Both the position numbers and the translations under genes were made by a program. Below, piece by piece: positions 41,343-52,215 of a DNA stretch of 64,000 nt (the stretch's first letter is position 1; each line of letters opens with the position of its first letter). The notes under the pieces were generated by a model. That model ran no database searches, had not been told where the DNA came from, and saw nothing but the letters and a program-made list of their open reading frames with translations. This stretch comes from Nostoc sp. (lineage in GTDB: Bacteria; Cyanobacteriota; Cyanobacteriia; Cyanobacteriales; Nostocaceae): assembly GCA_036918135.1 (NCBI GenBank), contig JBALDB010000007.1, positions 393,340 to 457,339 on the forward strand. Reading direction: 5' to 3'.

Positions 41343-43373
41343 CTACCGCCAATTATCCCAATTTTCATTAAAAATGGATGTATCGGGGAAGGCAGTGGGG
41401 TTGCCATTTTGTTCCAACAAGCGTTTGAGTGCTTCTAGCTGTGGTTCAGGTTTGGGTAAGTCATCAACTAATTCGTAAGGTGCGATCGCATTTTTAAGCG
41501 CAAAACTAGCAACGGTTCCGGCAGCAGCGCCAGCCGACCATTCAAAGGAATGTACTCGATAGGCAGCGGCGGCAATATGACTAGTAGCAATGCTTTTACC
41601 TCCTACCAACAAATTATCAATTTTTTGGGGAATCATCGCCCTCAAGGGAATTTGGAAGGGATAAGCTTGACCAGCACCGCGCCTTTCACCAGCACGTTCT
41701 GTGTTACCAGGCGTTTCTGGGGGACTGTTCGTCATGCAGGGATGGAAATCTATGGCGTAGTGACCAATACCTACAGCGTCGGGGAAGATGGTAGAACGAG
41801 TCCGGCGCATTACTTTGTCTGGTGAGATTTCACCCGCAATTACAGATGTAGCTTCCAGTCCGGCAAGTGCGGCTGTTAATTGGCGATACATATCTGCTGG
41901 CAGAGTCTTGCGGTAATATTCGTCATTGTAATTTCGGCGAGAAATATCAATTTCCCAAACACCAAAGCCCCCAGGTTGTCCCCAACTAGGGCGTCCAATA
42001 ATGCGGCGTCCTTCTCGCATATAGGGATATTTCGATAAGCCGTGGACTGTTCCCATTGGCGAATTTAGCCCAGAAAGAAAGCGATTATTGAGTTGCTGCT
42101 GCTTGACGCCTTCTCCTAGTTGAGAATCTGTAGTCCCAGCTACCAACCAATAATAGAATGAGAGGGCGTTTTCCTCAGCTTTGCGGAGGGTTTCTGTTCG
42201 CAGTCCTCCCATCCAACCTCCTGACTGCAACTGTCCAGTAGCTTGTAGCTGTTGGCGAGTATAAATTAGGTTATCTTTAGCTGTTCCAGGGCGGTAGTCG
42301 TTACCCCAAGTCCAGTTTTGCATAGAGATATCCCTTGGTGTAGGAGCAGTAAAATTTACACCTCCAAATTTTTCTGGTTTTCCTTTGTTCGGACTCCAAA
42401 TACGACGGTAGGTAAAAACTAAGTCAAAATTAGCCAATCGCGTTAATTCATAGCTGAAATATGGTGAGTATTGTAAATAGAATGGCGGTGTTGTTTGGGG
42501 TTGCGGTTCCTTAGTTGCCTCCATTGCAAAGGTGTAGGTAAAGCCTTGAGGGCAATAAGGATCGTTAGTGGTGCTGGAAGCAGAAGGTTCCAAGTAGGAA
42601 CGAGCATCAATGCCTAAGCGGTAAGGAACATCAGCAAGGGCGATAATTTCCCCGGTTTCACTGGTATCTACAACGTACCATTTAGGAGCATCTATTTTAC
42701 TTGGCTTAGGAAGAAAACGCAGAATAGTTTTAGTAAATTGAGACGAATTATCGTAGCGATAGGCGTCTTCAATAACTTGAGATAACGTAAAAGTGTTAAG
42801 GGCTGGTGCGCCTTGTGCTGGTTGATGTTGGATAGCGATCGCACTATTAATTATTTTGCCATCGGCACTGATTTCTAAATCTTTAATTACCGTGTTAGGA
42901 AACCATTGCAGCTTTCCTTTACCACGTTTTTCAGCATCTTTGAGCATCTGAGTCAAAATGCTGTGAGCATCGTGGGGAAGAAAACAAGACTCACTTACCC
43001 AGCAATCACCAGGGTTAAGTTTACCGTATTTGCGATCGATACGGTTTCGCAATTCCAGGTAGCCGCGAGAATAAAATTGCTTGGCTCGTTGGGTTGGGCG
43101 TTCATCTAACGCAGATGTCCCTTGAGCAGAAATTTGTCCTCCCAGCCAGTCGGTAATTTCTGTTAAACAAACCGTTCGTCCAGCGAGTAACCCCTCGTAA
43201 GCCGTGGCAACACCGGATAGTCCGCCACCCACAACTAAAATCTCACAATTGACACTTTTATCTGGGGTTCTCGGTGGTGTAGCGTTTGCCACATCAAATG
43301 CAACTAAGCTAGATACTAAATTGAGACCGAACAGCGATGTCAAACTATAAGCTACTTTGTGTGTATGCTTCAT
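41343..43373 (-). CDS. Secreted FAD-dependent oxidoreductase
   Basis: Signal peptide; VVGGGLSG Rossmann motif; WLGGQ, YMREGRR, IPLRAMIP. Confidence 0.85.
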   Translation of the reverse strand: MKHTHKVAYSLTSLFGLNLVSSLVAFDVANATPPRTPDKSVNCEILVVGGGLSGVATAYEGLLAGRTVCLTEITDWLGGQISAQGTSALDERPTQRAKQFYSRGYLELRNRIDRKYGKLNPGDCWVSESCFLPHDAHSILTQMLKDAEKRGKGKLQWFPNTVIKDLEISADGKIINSAIAIQHQPAQGAPALNTFTLSQVIEDAYRYDNSSQFTKTILRFLPKPSKIDAPKWYVVDTSETGEIIALADVPYRLGIDARSYLEPSASSTTNDPYCPQGFTYTFAMEATKEPQPQTTPPFYLQYSPYFSYELTRLANFDLVFTYRRIWSPNKGKPEKFGGVNFTAPTPRDISMQNWTWGNDYRPGTAKDNLIYTRQQLQATGQLQSGGWMGGLRTETLRKAEENALSFYYWLVAGTTDSQLGEGVKQQQLNNRFLSGLNSPMGTVHGLSKYPYMREGRRIIGRPSWGQPGGFGVWEIDISRRNYNDEYYRKTLPADMYRQLTAALAGLEATSVIAGEISPDKVMRRTRSTIFPDAVGIGHYAIDFHPCMTNSPPETPGNTERAGERRGAGQAYPFQIPLRAMIPQKIDNLLVGGKSIATSHIAAAAYRVHSFEWSAGAAAGTVASFALKNAIAPYELVDDLPKPEPQLEALKRLLEQNGNPTAFPDTSIFNENWDNWR

Positions 43374-43454
43374 CGTTAAGTAAACCCTTTCAATTCCTCT
43401 GTCACCTTGTAGACGGTAGCATTCAGTAAATGTCGATCACAAGCAATTTTTCAT

Positions 43455-43980
43455 TATGAGCAGCATTTAGTTATCAGCAGCCATTGATAACAAGGCTGCA
43501 TCGATTAAAGCAATTTCCCGGCGTTGCTTTGCTAAAGATTCTGGTAAGCTATTAGCCAAAGAGAAGCCAGTTCTTGCTCAGTTGCAGCCTCTTGTACCAA
43601 TGTGCGATCGAACTGTAGGTTTACCCATTCTTTAAAAGTAAGTATTTCAAGGGAGATCCCAAATATTTCTTGAATTTCATCACATCTAGGCATCAGTTCA
43701 TCAATTCGTTCAACTTCAAGACTTGTAACGAAACCAGCTTTTCTAACGGCGAGATGTACTTCTAGCTTTTCTGATAATTCCTCAATTTCGTCTCGCAAGT
43801 ATGACTTACCGTACTTGGTATCCCAAGCTTCCACAATTTGCCGATCGTCTAAAAGTTGAATATCACCTACATTGCTATGCTTCTTATTAGCCGATCGCAT
43901 TTGCAAAAGTGGCTTTAGCAAACTGTTAGAAAAAACTTGGTATTCTTGCATAGCCTGCATCAAGCTATGTATAGCAATTG
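43455..43980 (-). pseudogene. 5'-truncated, frameshifted gene fragment, possibly a PD-(D/E)xK nuclease
   Basis: No proper start (frame reads IAIHSLMQA after an upstream stop); GDIQLL..VEAWDTK; C-terminus continues in other frames (ESLAKQRREIA, PCYQWL). Confidence 0.5.
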
Positions 43981-44196
43981 ACGTACACGAATTTCTTCGG
44001 TAATTTCAGACAGCAATTTAATTTCTGGAATAATTATTTAAGTAATTTCAAGACTTAGCCCTGCCTGTTCCCATATATTAGTTTTGCTAAGAATAGAGGC
44101 TAATCCTAGTTTAGACATTAAAATGTCAGGATAAAGCCTTTTTCAGTAATAATTTTTGTTAGCCTTTTTTCTTCTTAGTTATTAGAAATAAGTCAT

Positions 44197-44294
44197 CAGC
44201 AGAATTCAAAATGCAGAATTGGGAAGTAAAGGAGGGTTTATAGCTGGCTTTGAGGCTAGGTTTGTGTACTTTACTTTGCTTGAAATCTGCTGTA
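44197..44294. repeat. MITE-like short element (inverted relative to 28605)
   Basis: CAGCAGAATTC ... TTGAAATCTGCTGTA. Confidence 0.6.
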
Positions 44295-45002
44295 AGTACT
44301 AAGAGGCGATCGCTACAATCAGTAACAGAACTATTTTGAACTTTGCTGAGGTAGACTTGTCCAAATCTTCCAACTAGCTCGGATCTCTTGAAGTAAGAAA
44401 AACTAGTTGAGGAAGGTAGGAAGTAAACGGGATGTCGTGAATGCACTCGCCAAGCTGCTCTACTTGAAGTAGTTGTTCTATCGAGTTGCCTTGACGATGT
44501 TCAGGTCAAAGAACTTGTATACCAAATGTCATTTGTTATAAGTATGAAGTTTTCTGCAATAAAACGGCAAGTATCATCATACATAATGCGATCTGCAACT
44601 TAACTTGATGTGCCACTTTCCAAGGCGTAATGTGGGTTTCATGCAGGAGATTAAATATAATGCTACAATCCCCTATGTGTAAATTTAAGGATTAAGTTCT
44701 CTTTTAAATTAGTGAAAAATTATCATCAGTATGGGAAAAGACTTAAATCCAGCGAACAGACAACACTAGTAGTTGATAACTGTACGATGGAGCGACTTTA
44801 TCTAAGTAAAAAAATTGATAATTAATAACGTAACAACTGTTAAAATCCACAGAGAAAATTCCTCAACAGTGTTAAATGCAATTGTGATTTAAAAAACATA
44901 ACTTGCTAACAATCTAAATTAAATAATACAAAGTAGTAGTCTCTACTGTAATTAACAATCAATCCACTCATCTGTGGCTATATTCACATTTATAAATAGC
45001 TC

Positions 45003-46292
45003 ATGGACATTCTGATTTATTCCTACAACTATCATCCAGAGCCGATTGGAATTGCTCCCTTAATGACTGAATTGGCAGAAGGACTAGTAAAACGAGGTCA
45101 CCAAGTGCGAGCAATTACTGCAATGCCCAACTATCCTCAGCGCCAGATTTACGACGAGTATCAGGGTAAGTGGTACGTTACAGAACAAAAAAATGGGGTG
45201 ACAATTCAACGAAGTTACGTGCGAATTAAGTCTAAACCCAACGTCCTAGACCGACTATTATTAGAGCTGAGCTTTGTTTTCACCAGCTTGCCGCAAGCCT
45301 TTAAAGGCAAACGTCCAGATGTGATTATCTTAACAGTTCCACCTCTTTTCGGTATCTTACCAGCAGCAATATTGAGTTACTTATATAACTGCCCATTAGT
45401 TCTGAACGTGCAAGATATTTTACCAGAAGCTGCTGTGCGTGTTGGGTTGCTAAAAAATCAGTGGATAATCCGAACTCTTGCAGCTTTAGAAAAATTTGCC
45501 TATCGGAGTGCACATAGTATTAGCGTCATTGCTGATGGGTTTAGTGAGAATTTGGTGAATAAGGGAGTACCTGTTAATAAAATTGTTTGTATTCCCAATT
45601 GGGTGAACATAAATTTTATCTGCCCTTTAGCGAAACACAATAACTCCTGGAGAGCTACACATCAACTAGATGGTAAATTTGTAGTACTTTATTCAGGAAA
45701 CATTGCCCTAACACAAGGTTTAGAGACAGTCATAGAAGCAGCAGTTTGTTTGCGTCATATCAAAGATATTGTGTTTGCGATCGCTGGTGAAGCAACAGCA
45801 TTGCAAAGGTTACAAGAATATTGTCTATTAAATGGAGCAGATAACGTTTTGCTGCTACCCTTGCAACCGCGAGAAAAACTACCCGAAATGCTAGCAGCAT
45901 CTGATGTGGGGCTGATTGTGCAAAAACACAATGTAATTTCATTCAATATGCCTTCAAAAATACCACTCCTGTTGGCAAGTGGTCGCCCGATTGTGGGTTC
46001 AGTTCCAGCCAATGGTAGTGCTGCTAGAGCGATCGCACTTAGTGGTGGTGGCATAATTGTGGAGCCAGAATCACCTAATGCTTTAGCAGATGCAATAGAG
46101 AATTTATATACTAATCCGACTCTAGCAACAAAGCTAGGTCAAACAGGCAGACAGTTCGCCGAAGCAAACTATTCCTTAGAGCAAGCACTCGATCGCTATG
46201 AGTGGCTGTTTTCTCATATTGTTACCAATCAAAAATCAATCAGGGATATATTACCAAAATTGCATTCCAAGAAATCGGTTGTGGATGGTTGA
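45003..46292 (+). CDS. Glycosyltransferase family 4 (WcaI-like)
   Basis: NYHPEPIG, MPNYP, VQDILPE, YSGNI, PSKI..LASGRP. Confidence 0.9.
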   Translation: MDILIYSYNYHPEPIGIAPLMTELAEGLVKRGHQVRAITAMPNYPQRQIYDEYQGKWYVTEQKNGVTIQRSYVRIKSKPNVLDRLLLELSFVFTSLPQAFKGKRPDVIILTVPPLFGILPAAILSYLYNCPLVLNVQDILPEAAVRVGLLKNQWIIRTLAALEKFAYRSAHSISVIADGFSENLVNKGVPVNKIVCIPNWVNINFICPLAKHNNSWRATHQLDGKFVVLYSGNIALTQGLETVIEAAVCLRHIKDIVFAIAGEATALQRLQEYCLLNGADNVLLLPLQPREKLPEMLAASDVGLIVQKHNVISFNMPSKIPLLLASGRPIVGSVPANGSAARAIALSGGGIIVEPESPNALADAIENLYTNPTLATKLGQTGRQFAEANYSLEQALDRYEWLFSHIVTNQKSIRDILPKLHSKKSVVDG

Positions 46293-46329
46293 AGGGCATG
46301 GAAGTGTTGACTCAGGAGTGAGGAGTTAT

Positions 46330-46439
46330 TAAGCTGTCGCGCCTACAAGTTGCACCATTTTGATTCTCAAAAAAAGCTGCAAACCCTCTTTGTTGGTTCC
46401 TGCAACCTCAATGTGCTTTCTTAAATGCCTAACAGCTTA
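46330..46439. repeat. MITE-like element with TAAGCTGT/ACAGCTTA ends
   Basis: 8-bp terminal inverted repeats around about 95 bp of non-coding DNA. Confidence 0.5.
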
Positions 46440-47096
46440 TTCTCCCGTGTGTTCCCCATTTCCACAAATTTGGCAAAATAAAATCACCCGATCGGGTGAC
46501 CTAAGTGTAGGAAGTTGAGATTGCTCAAACAGAGGATTCTAGATAAACAATACTGATTGTGCTTTTTTTTAGTGAGGATAACTCGATGAAACTCGCAATC
46601 TTGATTAATAGAGCAGAATTAATTAGCGATCGCTCCATACTCCTTTCTTCCTTGAGATTGATATTCAGTACTACTTAAGAGAGATAAACTGATTTTTGGC
46701 ATTACCAATCCTCTTTGCGATGTAGTTATAATGCAACCTAATACTGACATAGATATGCAAGCGAGTGCTTGCAGACACCAATGAAAAACTTAGCATCTGG
46801 TTGCCCGTCTGATTTGATACGAGACTGACAAATTGCCGCTTTAACAGTTGGTTATGTACTAAAACAAAGGTGAGGAGAAGGGTACAGTGCGCTCAGATAT
46901 TAATTTAAAAGCATCTTTGCATAGTTTTGCAGGTATATTAGTTTACCTAAGAAGTAGAGGGGTAAAGCGAAGTGGGGGAGATGATAAATAAAGCTTCCCA
47001 CACTTTCTGTTTGACCCATGCCCCTTTAGTGCCTTTCGTCTTCATTGACGTAAGTAAGATTGTTCAAGTCTAAATCCACAAGACGAGAAAACGAAA

Positions 47097-48680
47097 ATGT
47101 CCAATTCTGAGTTCCCTGAGTCCTCCTATCCTGTTGAAGTACAACAGCCTACTGTTAATGAATCCGATCGAGAGTCGGAATCGTTGCCAAAGCCATCGTC
47201 CAAACCACCTAAAAAGCGACGTTGGCTTCTGCTGTTGGGAATTATTTTGTTAATTGCAGGTGTTGGTTTTGGTTGGCGCTGGTGGCAAACTAACAATGCC
47301 AAGAATGCAGCTGCTAATCAGGCGGCTAATAGCCCACCGCCAGTTCCCGTTAAGCTTGCAACTGTAGAAACAGAAACTATGCAACAAAGTTCGCAGTTTC
47401 TTGGCTCTTTGGAGGCTCCACGTTCGGTAATCATTAAGCCACAGATTGAAGGACGAATTACCCAGATTTTTGTTAACGAGGGTAATCGAGTCCAACAAGG
47501 GCAAGTTATTTTTAGCTTGCAGAGTGATGATGCTCAAGCTCAGTTATTACAAGCTAAAGGCATACTCCAGCAAGCCCAGGCACGTCTTGCCGAACTCAAA
47601 GCAGGTACGCGACAAGAAGAAGTAGCCCAAGCCAAAGCGCAGTTAGGCCAAGCCCAAGCTCGCCTCAAAGATGCTCAAGCAGGAGCGCAACCAGAAGAAA
47701 TTGCTCAAGCTGAGGCTCAAATCGAGGCAGCTAAATCCGATGTGGAACTGGCACAATCCCGAGCCAAGCGATACGACCAACTCAGAAAAGAGGGTGCAGT
47801 TTCCCAAGATTTGTTAGAAGGATATCTCAAAGAACAGCGGAGTGCCGAAGCTGCCCTTGTAGTGGCCCAGAAACGTTTAAACCAACTGCGCCAGAGCAGA
47901 AATTCTAGTATCAATGAGCTAGCTGCTGCCGTTGAACAACAGCAACAGAACTTAAGGCAATTGCAAAATGGTTCGCGTCCAGAAGAAATTGCCCAAGCGC
48001 GATCGCAAGTAACTCAAGCAGTGGCTCAAGTCCAAGCTGCCCAAGTGCAACTGCAATACACAAAAGTCGTAGCTCCTTTCACTGGTATTGTTGGCGATAT
48101 TCCCACAAAAGTCGGAGATTATGTCGAAAAAGCAGATCAACTGACTACGTTAACTAGAAATGACTCTTTAGAACTGAATATTTCCGTTCCTCTAGCAGAA
48201 GCCAAAAAATTGCGCTTGGGATTACCCGTACAAATGCTCGACGCCCAAGGCAAAGCCATAGCCAGAGGTAAAGTCAGCTTTATCTCCCCAGATGCAAGTT
48301 TAGATTCCCAGACAGTTTTGGCTAAAGCCAACTTTGGCAATAATTCTAGAAGGCAACTGCTCAATCGCCAGTCAGTGCAAACCAAAGTGATCTGGGACGA
48401 ACGCCCAGGAATTTTAATTCCAGTCACAGCAGTATCTCGTTTGGGTGGGGAGACATTTGTATTTGTGGCTCAAGCACCAGCACAAAACTCTAAACCCGGA
48501 GCGCCAAAATTAGTGGCTCAGCAAAAGTCCGTGAAATTAGGAGTTATTGAAGGCAATAATTATCAAGTTATTCAAGGACTAAAAGCTGGTGAGAAAATCG
48601 TTGTTTCTGGTATTCTTAGCCTCACCAATGGCGCTCCCATCACTCCTGCACCTGAAACAGTCAGTAGTCGGAATTTTTAG
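47097..48680 (+). CDS. Efflux membrane-fusion/periplasmic adaptor protein (RND/HlyD type)
   Basis: N-terminal TM, lipoyl half-motifs (GRITQI..EGNRVQQGQ; APFTGIVG), long coiled coil, GLKAGEKIV. Confidence 0.9.
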   Translation: MSNSEFPESSYPVEVQQPTVNESDRESESLPKPSSKPPKKRRWLLLLGIILLIAGVGFGWRWWQTNNAKNAAANQAANSPPPVPVKLATVETETMQQSSQFLGSLEAPRSVIIKPQIEGRITQIFVNEGNRVQQGQVIFSLQSDDAQAQLLQAKGILQQAQARLAELKAGTRQEEVAQAKAQLGQAQARLKDAQAGAQPEEIAQAEAQIEAAKSDVELAQSRAKRYDQLRKEGAVSQDLLEGYLKEQRSAEAALVVAQKRLNQLRQSRNSSINELAAAVEQQQQNLRQLQNGSRPEEIAQARSQVTQAVAQVQAAQVQLQYTKVVAPFTGIVGDIPTKVGDYVEKADQLTTLTRNDSLELNISVPLAEAKKLRLGLPVQMLDAQGKAIARGKVSFISPDASLDSQTVLAKANFGNNSRRQLLNRQSVQTKVIWDERPGILIPVTAVSRLGGETFVFVAQAPAQNSKPGAPKLVAQQKSVKLGVIEGNNYQVIQGLKAGEKIVVSGILSLTNGAPITPAPETVSSRNF

Positions 48681-48960
48681 CTTCAGACAGGGTGAATTGG
48701 GAATTGGGAATTGGGAATTGATAATTGGAAAGAGGTGAACAGTTGTGTTTTTCTCCCCCATCACCCATTCCCCATTACCGACCTTCACAGATATCATAAG
48801 TATTCAACCGGAACATGATATGACGAACAATATCAGGCGCTCCGTTGCTACGATCGCACTCTTTCTTGTGTTTCTGTGTTATCTCTGCGTGAGATAAATC
48901 ATCTTGCAAATATACGACGCTTGCCTAAATTTACCCCACTGTTATGCAAGGCGATTCTTT

Positions 48961-49734
48961 TTATGTTCGACGGTTAACTAGGGTAGCACTAGCTTGATCC
49001 ACAGGCATTAGCACAACTTCATTAATATTGACGTGGGGCGATCGCGTCACGCAGAAAAATATTACATCAGCCACATCATCTGCTGTCAGGGGGGTAACTC
49101 CCTGGTAAACTTGATTGGCACGTTCATTATTCCCGTGAAACCGTACTTGGCTAAATTCCGTTTCTACCATCCCAGGGTCAACGGAAGTTACGCGCACAGG
49201 AGTGCCCAGCAAATCTTGTTTTAAGCCTTCAGAAATTGCTCTCACCGCAGCTTTTGTAGCACAGTAGACATTGCCACCGGGATAAGTTTGATGTCCGGCA
49301 ATGGAACCTAGATTTACCACATGACCGCGACCGCGACTTATCATTCCGGGAACGACATAACGAGACAGATAAAGTAAACCTTTAATGTTAGTATCAATCA
49401 TTTCTTCCCAGTCTGCAAAACTACCCTCATGCAACTTATCTAAACCGCGACTCAAACCAGCATTGTTAATCAGAATATCGATGTCAGACCAAGAGGGGGG
49501 TAGAGTAGAGATGGCAGATTCTACAGCTGAGCGATCGCGTACATCTAGCTCTAACAGATGAACTTCAGTATTAAAATCTTGAGTGAGAGTATCTGCCAGT
49601 TGTTGCAAACGTTCCAAGCGCCGTGCCGCTAAAATCAATTTTGCACCCGCACCAGCAAAGATTCTGGCACAAGCAGTACCAATACCACTGCTGGCACCAG
49701 TAATTAAAATGATTTGATTTTCTAGGGAAGTCAT
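48961..49734 (-). CDS. SDR oxidoreductase (YdfG-like)
   Basis: TGASSGIG, NNAG, YCATK, PGMVETEF. Confidence 0.92.
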   Translation of the reverse strand: MTSLENQIILITGASSGIGTACARIFAGAGAKLILAARRLERLQQLADTLTQDFNTEVHLLELDVRDRSAVESAISTLPPSWSDIDILINNAGLSRGLDKLHEGSFADWEEMIDTNIKGLLYLSRYVVPGMISRGRGHVVNLGSIAGHQTYPGGNVYCATKAAVRAISEGLKQDLLGTPVRVTSVDPGMVETEFSQVRFHGNNERANQVYQGVTPLTADDVADVIFFCVTRSPHVNINEVVLMPVDQASATLVNRRT

Positions 49735-50109
49735 TGTTAGTTAAAAGTCAAGAATCCAGTGTCAATTGTCCAATAATTTGGAACTGACGCGAATTTTACT
49801 TATATTATGTGCGAGGTCGTGCCAAGGAGAGTTGCCCAGTTGCAAAGCTAAATGTAAATGTCAGCCCTTGCTTTTACAACATAAAAAGCAGCTTTTAAAG
49901 GTTTTTGGTTCCGCTTTCTTAGGATTGGACTTTGAACAAAAAAGTCCAAATTATTAGAAGTTATTAATTTTTAAGGAAATGAAAGCTTCGTTTGCTGCAT
50001 TAAATTTTACTATGAAAATTTAAAATCATATAATGCATCCATTCACTTCCTGGCGTCAAGGTGGTGAAGTTTCAGCCGGAATTGCCAGGATATTCTTTGG
50101 AGAACAGCG

Positions 50110-52203
50110 ATGAAGGTGCGTATTGTTTCTATGCTCTATGCGACCGCAGCTTTGTTGATTTTTCCTGCTCCTGCTCGGTCTGCGATCGAAAAGGTTGTAG
50201 GAGGTGGTAGTGTTCATCAAGGTGAAACACGTCGTATTACTGTCATCGGAGATGGAATTGATTTTGCGACTTCGGTCGCTTCCTCAAATGCACAAATTGG
50301 TGTCAGGCTTCTTAGTAAGAAAGGACTTGCACAGGGTAGAGCCAAAGGGCAGGTTGTACTGGAAGTAGCTGTGCCTCTCGATGTCCCTAAAGGTGAGGAC
50401 TTTAACCTGACGGTTAAAATCGCCCCAAACCTTTATTACTCCAAAGGAGGTTCTGAAACAGTTCGGCTGAATGTGCAGCCATATCCCAACAGTTCGTGGA
50501 GACCTTTGTTTCATTTTGCCCCCTCATGGGGATGGATGAACGATCCCAACGGTCTTGTCTACGTCAATGGGACATACCATCTCTATTATCAAGCAGTTCC
50601 GTTCTCTAGGGATAATGGAGGTCAACTAAACTGGGGACATGCGGTTAGCACTGATTTGGTTCACTGGTCTGGGCGCAGAGATGCCATGTTTAATCCGCCA
50701 ATGGATCTTCTTGGCAGTAGTGACGATCAAAATCAAGTCTGGTCTGCTTTTTCGGGGTCGGCGGTGGTCGTTAGTGGTGAGGCTGCAAAACAGCTACCCT
50801 GCGTCTGCTCAAACCTTTGTGTTGCTTCCATATTCACGAAAAACACTCCAATCGTTAACCTCCAAGACCAGTGGCTTGCTGCTAGCTGCGATGGGGGCGA
50901 ATCTTTTAAAACACCGGAGAGTGTGTTGCCTAACTTATCATCTGCTAAACCAGATTTTCGAGATCCGAAGGTATTCCTCTATAAGGGGCGCTGGATTATG
51001 GTATTAGCTGTTGGAGACAAAATCGAGCTTTATGAGTCTGCGAATCTCAAACAGTGGAATTTTCTGTCCTCTCTTCCCCTCTACAGCAGCTTCACTACTT
51101 TAGGCCCTTTTGTCGAAACCCCAGATTTGATTGAGTTACCCGTCAGCAATTCCAAGACTAACGAAACCAAGTGGGTGCTGACCTACAGTGAAGGATTCAT
51201 TCCGCCTGTGTCCTGCGAGGGTTTTCGAGACAGTAGCGGAATGCCGCTCACTGCCCCTGCTCTCAAAAAGGAATGTGAAAAATCACGAAATTTTACCTCG
51301 CGTAGTTTCTATATCATCGGCGAATTTGATGGTAAGCAGTTCAAGCAGGAGTCACAGCCTCGACTTTTAGATTTTGGGTCAGATTTTTATGCACCTCAAA
51401 CTTGGTCTAACACACCAGGACGACGAATCTTAGCGGCCTGGCAAGATAATTGGCATTACGCCCACCAAGTTCCAACAACGCCCTGGCGAGGACAGTTGAG
51501 CATTCCGCGAGACTTGGGGCTGATTAGAGATAATGACACTTATTGGTTGACTCAAACTCCAGTTCAAGAACTAGCGGCTCTAAGAAATTCTGCGCTTGGA
51601 CGTGTTACTCGGTTGCAGGATAAACCTCTGACCAACAAAACACCAGATGAGCTGAAGAATTTTCGTTCCACAGCATTTGATGCTGACTTAGCAATTGATG
51701 TCGCGGGTTTACCCAAAGTCAACTCCCAAATCAAGATTCAGCTTCGAGCGGGTAATACAGCGCAAGGAATGGTGTTAACATGGCGACGTACTGGTGCTAA
51801 CCAGGGACAGCTATCACTAACGCGCTCTGCTTCTGAAGCGGGTGGAACGACTTCAGAATTAACTCAACAAGGGTCTGGGTTTATCGGTCAATGGTTGTCT
51901 ACCTCTGTTTTGCTTGCAGCACCAATAAATCAGCGACTCGTGTCAGGTTCAAGGAACGCCCAACTCAGTACAAGAGCGCAGATTGCTCAGGTTCCTGTTG
52001 TGGTATCTGGTACGAATAATAGTATCTTAAAACTTCGGATTCTCGTGGATCGAAGTTCGGTAGAAGTGTTTGCAGGCGATGGACGAATCGTGTTAAGCGG
52101 TTTATTCTTTCCCGATCCATCCAATAAAGAGTTCAGAATGTATGCAACAGGGGGAAATGCAAAGATAGTGAACTTGGCTATGTACCCGTTGAGTAATCAC
52201 TGA
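50110..52203 (+). CDS. Secreted glycoside hydrolase family 32 (beta-fructofuranosidase/levanase-like)
   Basis: Signal peptide; WMNDPNG, WGHAVSTDL, FSGS, FRDP, ETPD, DFYAPQ, DRSSVEVF. Confidence 0.93.
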   Translation: MKVRIVSMLYATAALLIFPAPARSAIEKVVGGGSVHQGETRRITVIGDGIDFATSVASSNAQIGVRLLSKKGLAQGRAKGQVVLEVAVPLDVPKGEDFNLTVKIAPNLYYSKGGSETVRLNVQPYPNSSWRPLFHFAPSWGWMNDPNGLVYVNGTYHLYYQAVPFSRDNGGQLNWGHAVSTDLVHWSGRRDAMFNPPMDLLGSSDDQNQVWSAFSGSAVVVSGEAAKQLPCVCSNLCVASIFTKNTPIVNLQDQWLAASCDGGESFKTPESVLPNLSSAKPDFRDPKVFLYKGRWIMVLAVGDKIELYESANLKQWNFLSSLPLYSSFTTLGPFVETPDLIELPVSNSKTNETKWVLTYSEGFIPPVSCEGFRDSSGMPLTAPALKKECEKSRNFTSRSFYIIGEFDGKQFKQESQPRLLDFGSDFYAPQTWSNTPGRRILAAWQDNWHYAHQVPTTPWRGQLSIPRDLGLIRDNDTYWLTQTPVQELAALRNSALGRVTRLQDKPLTNKTPDELKNFRSTAFDADLAIDVAGLPKVNSQIKIQLRAGNTAQGMVLTWRRTGANQGQLSLTRSASEAGGTTSELTQQGSGFIGQWLSTSVLLAAPINQRLVSGSRNAQLSTRAQIAQVPVVVSGTNNSILKLRILVDRSSVEVFAGDGRIVLSGLFFPDPSNKEFRMYATGGNAKIVNLAMYPLSNH

Positions 52204-52215
52204 GGATTTTATATA

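Noticed and set aside
44159..44446. 95-aa minus-strand ORF
   Set aside because: Runs through a MITE-like element; no recognisable motifs
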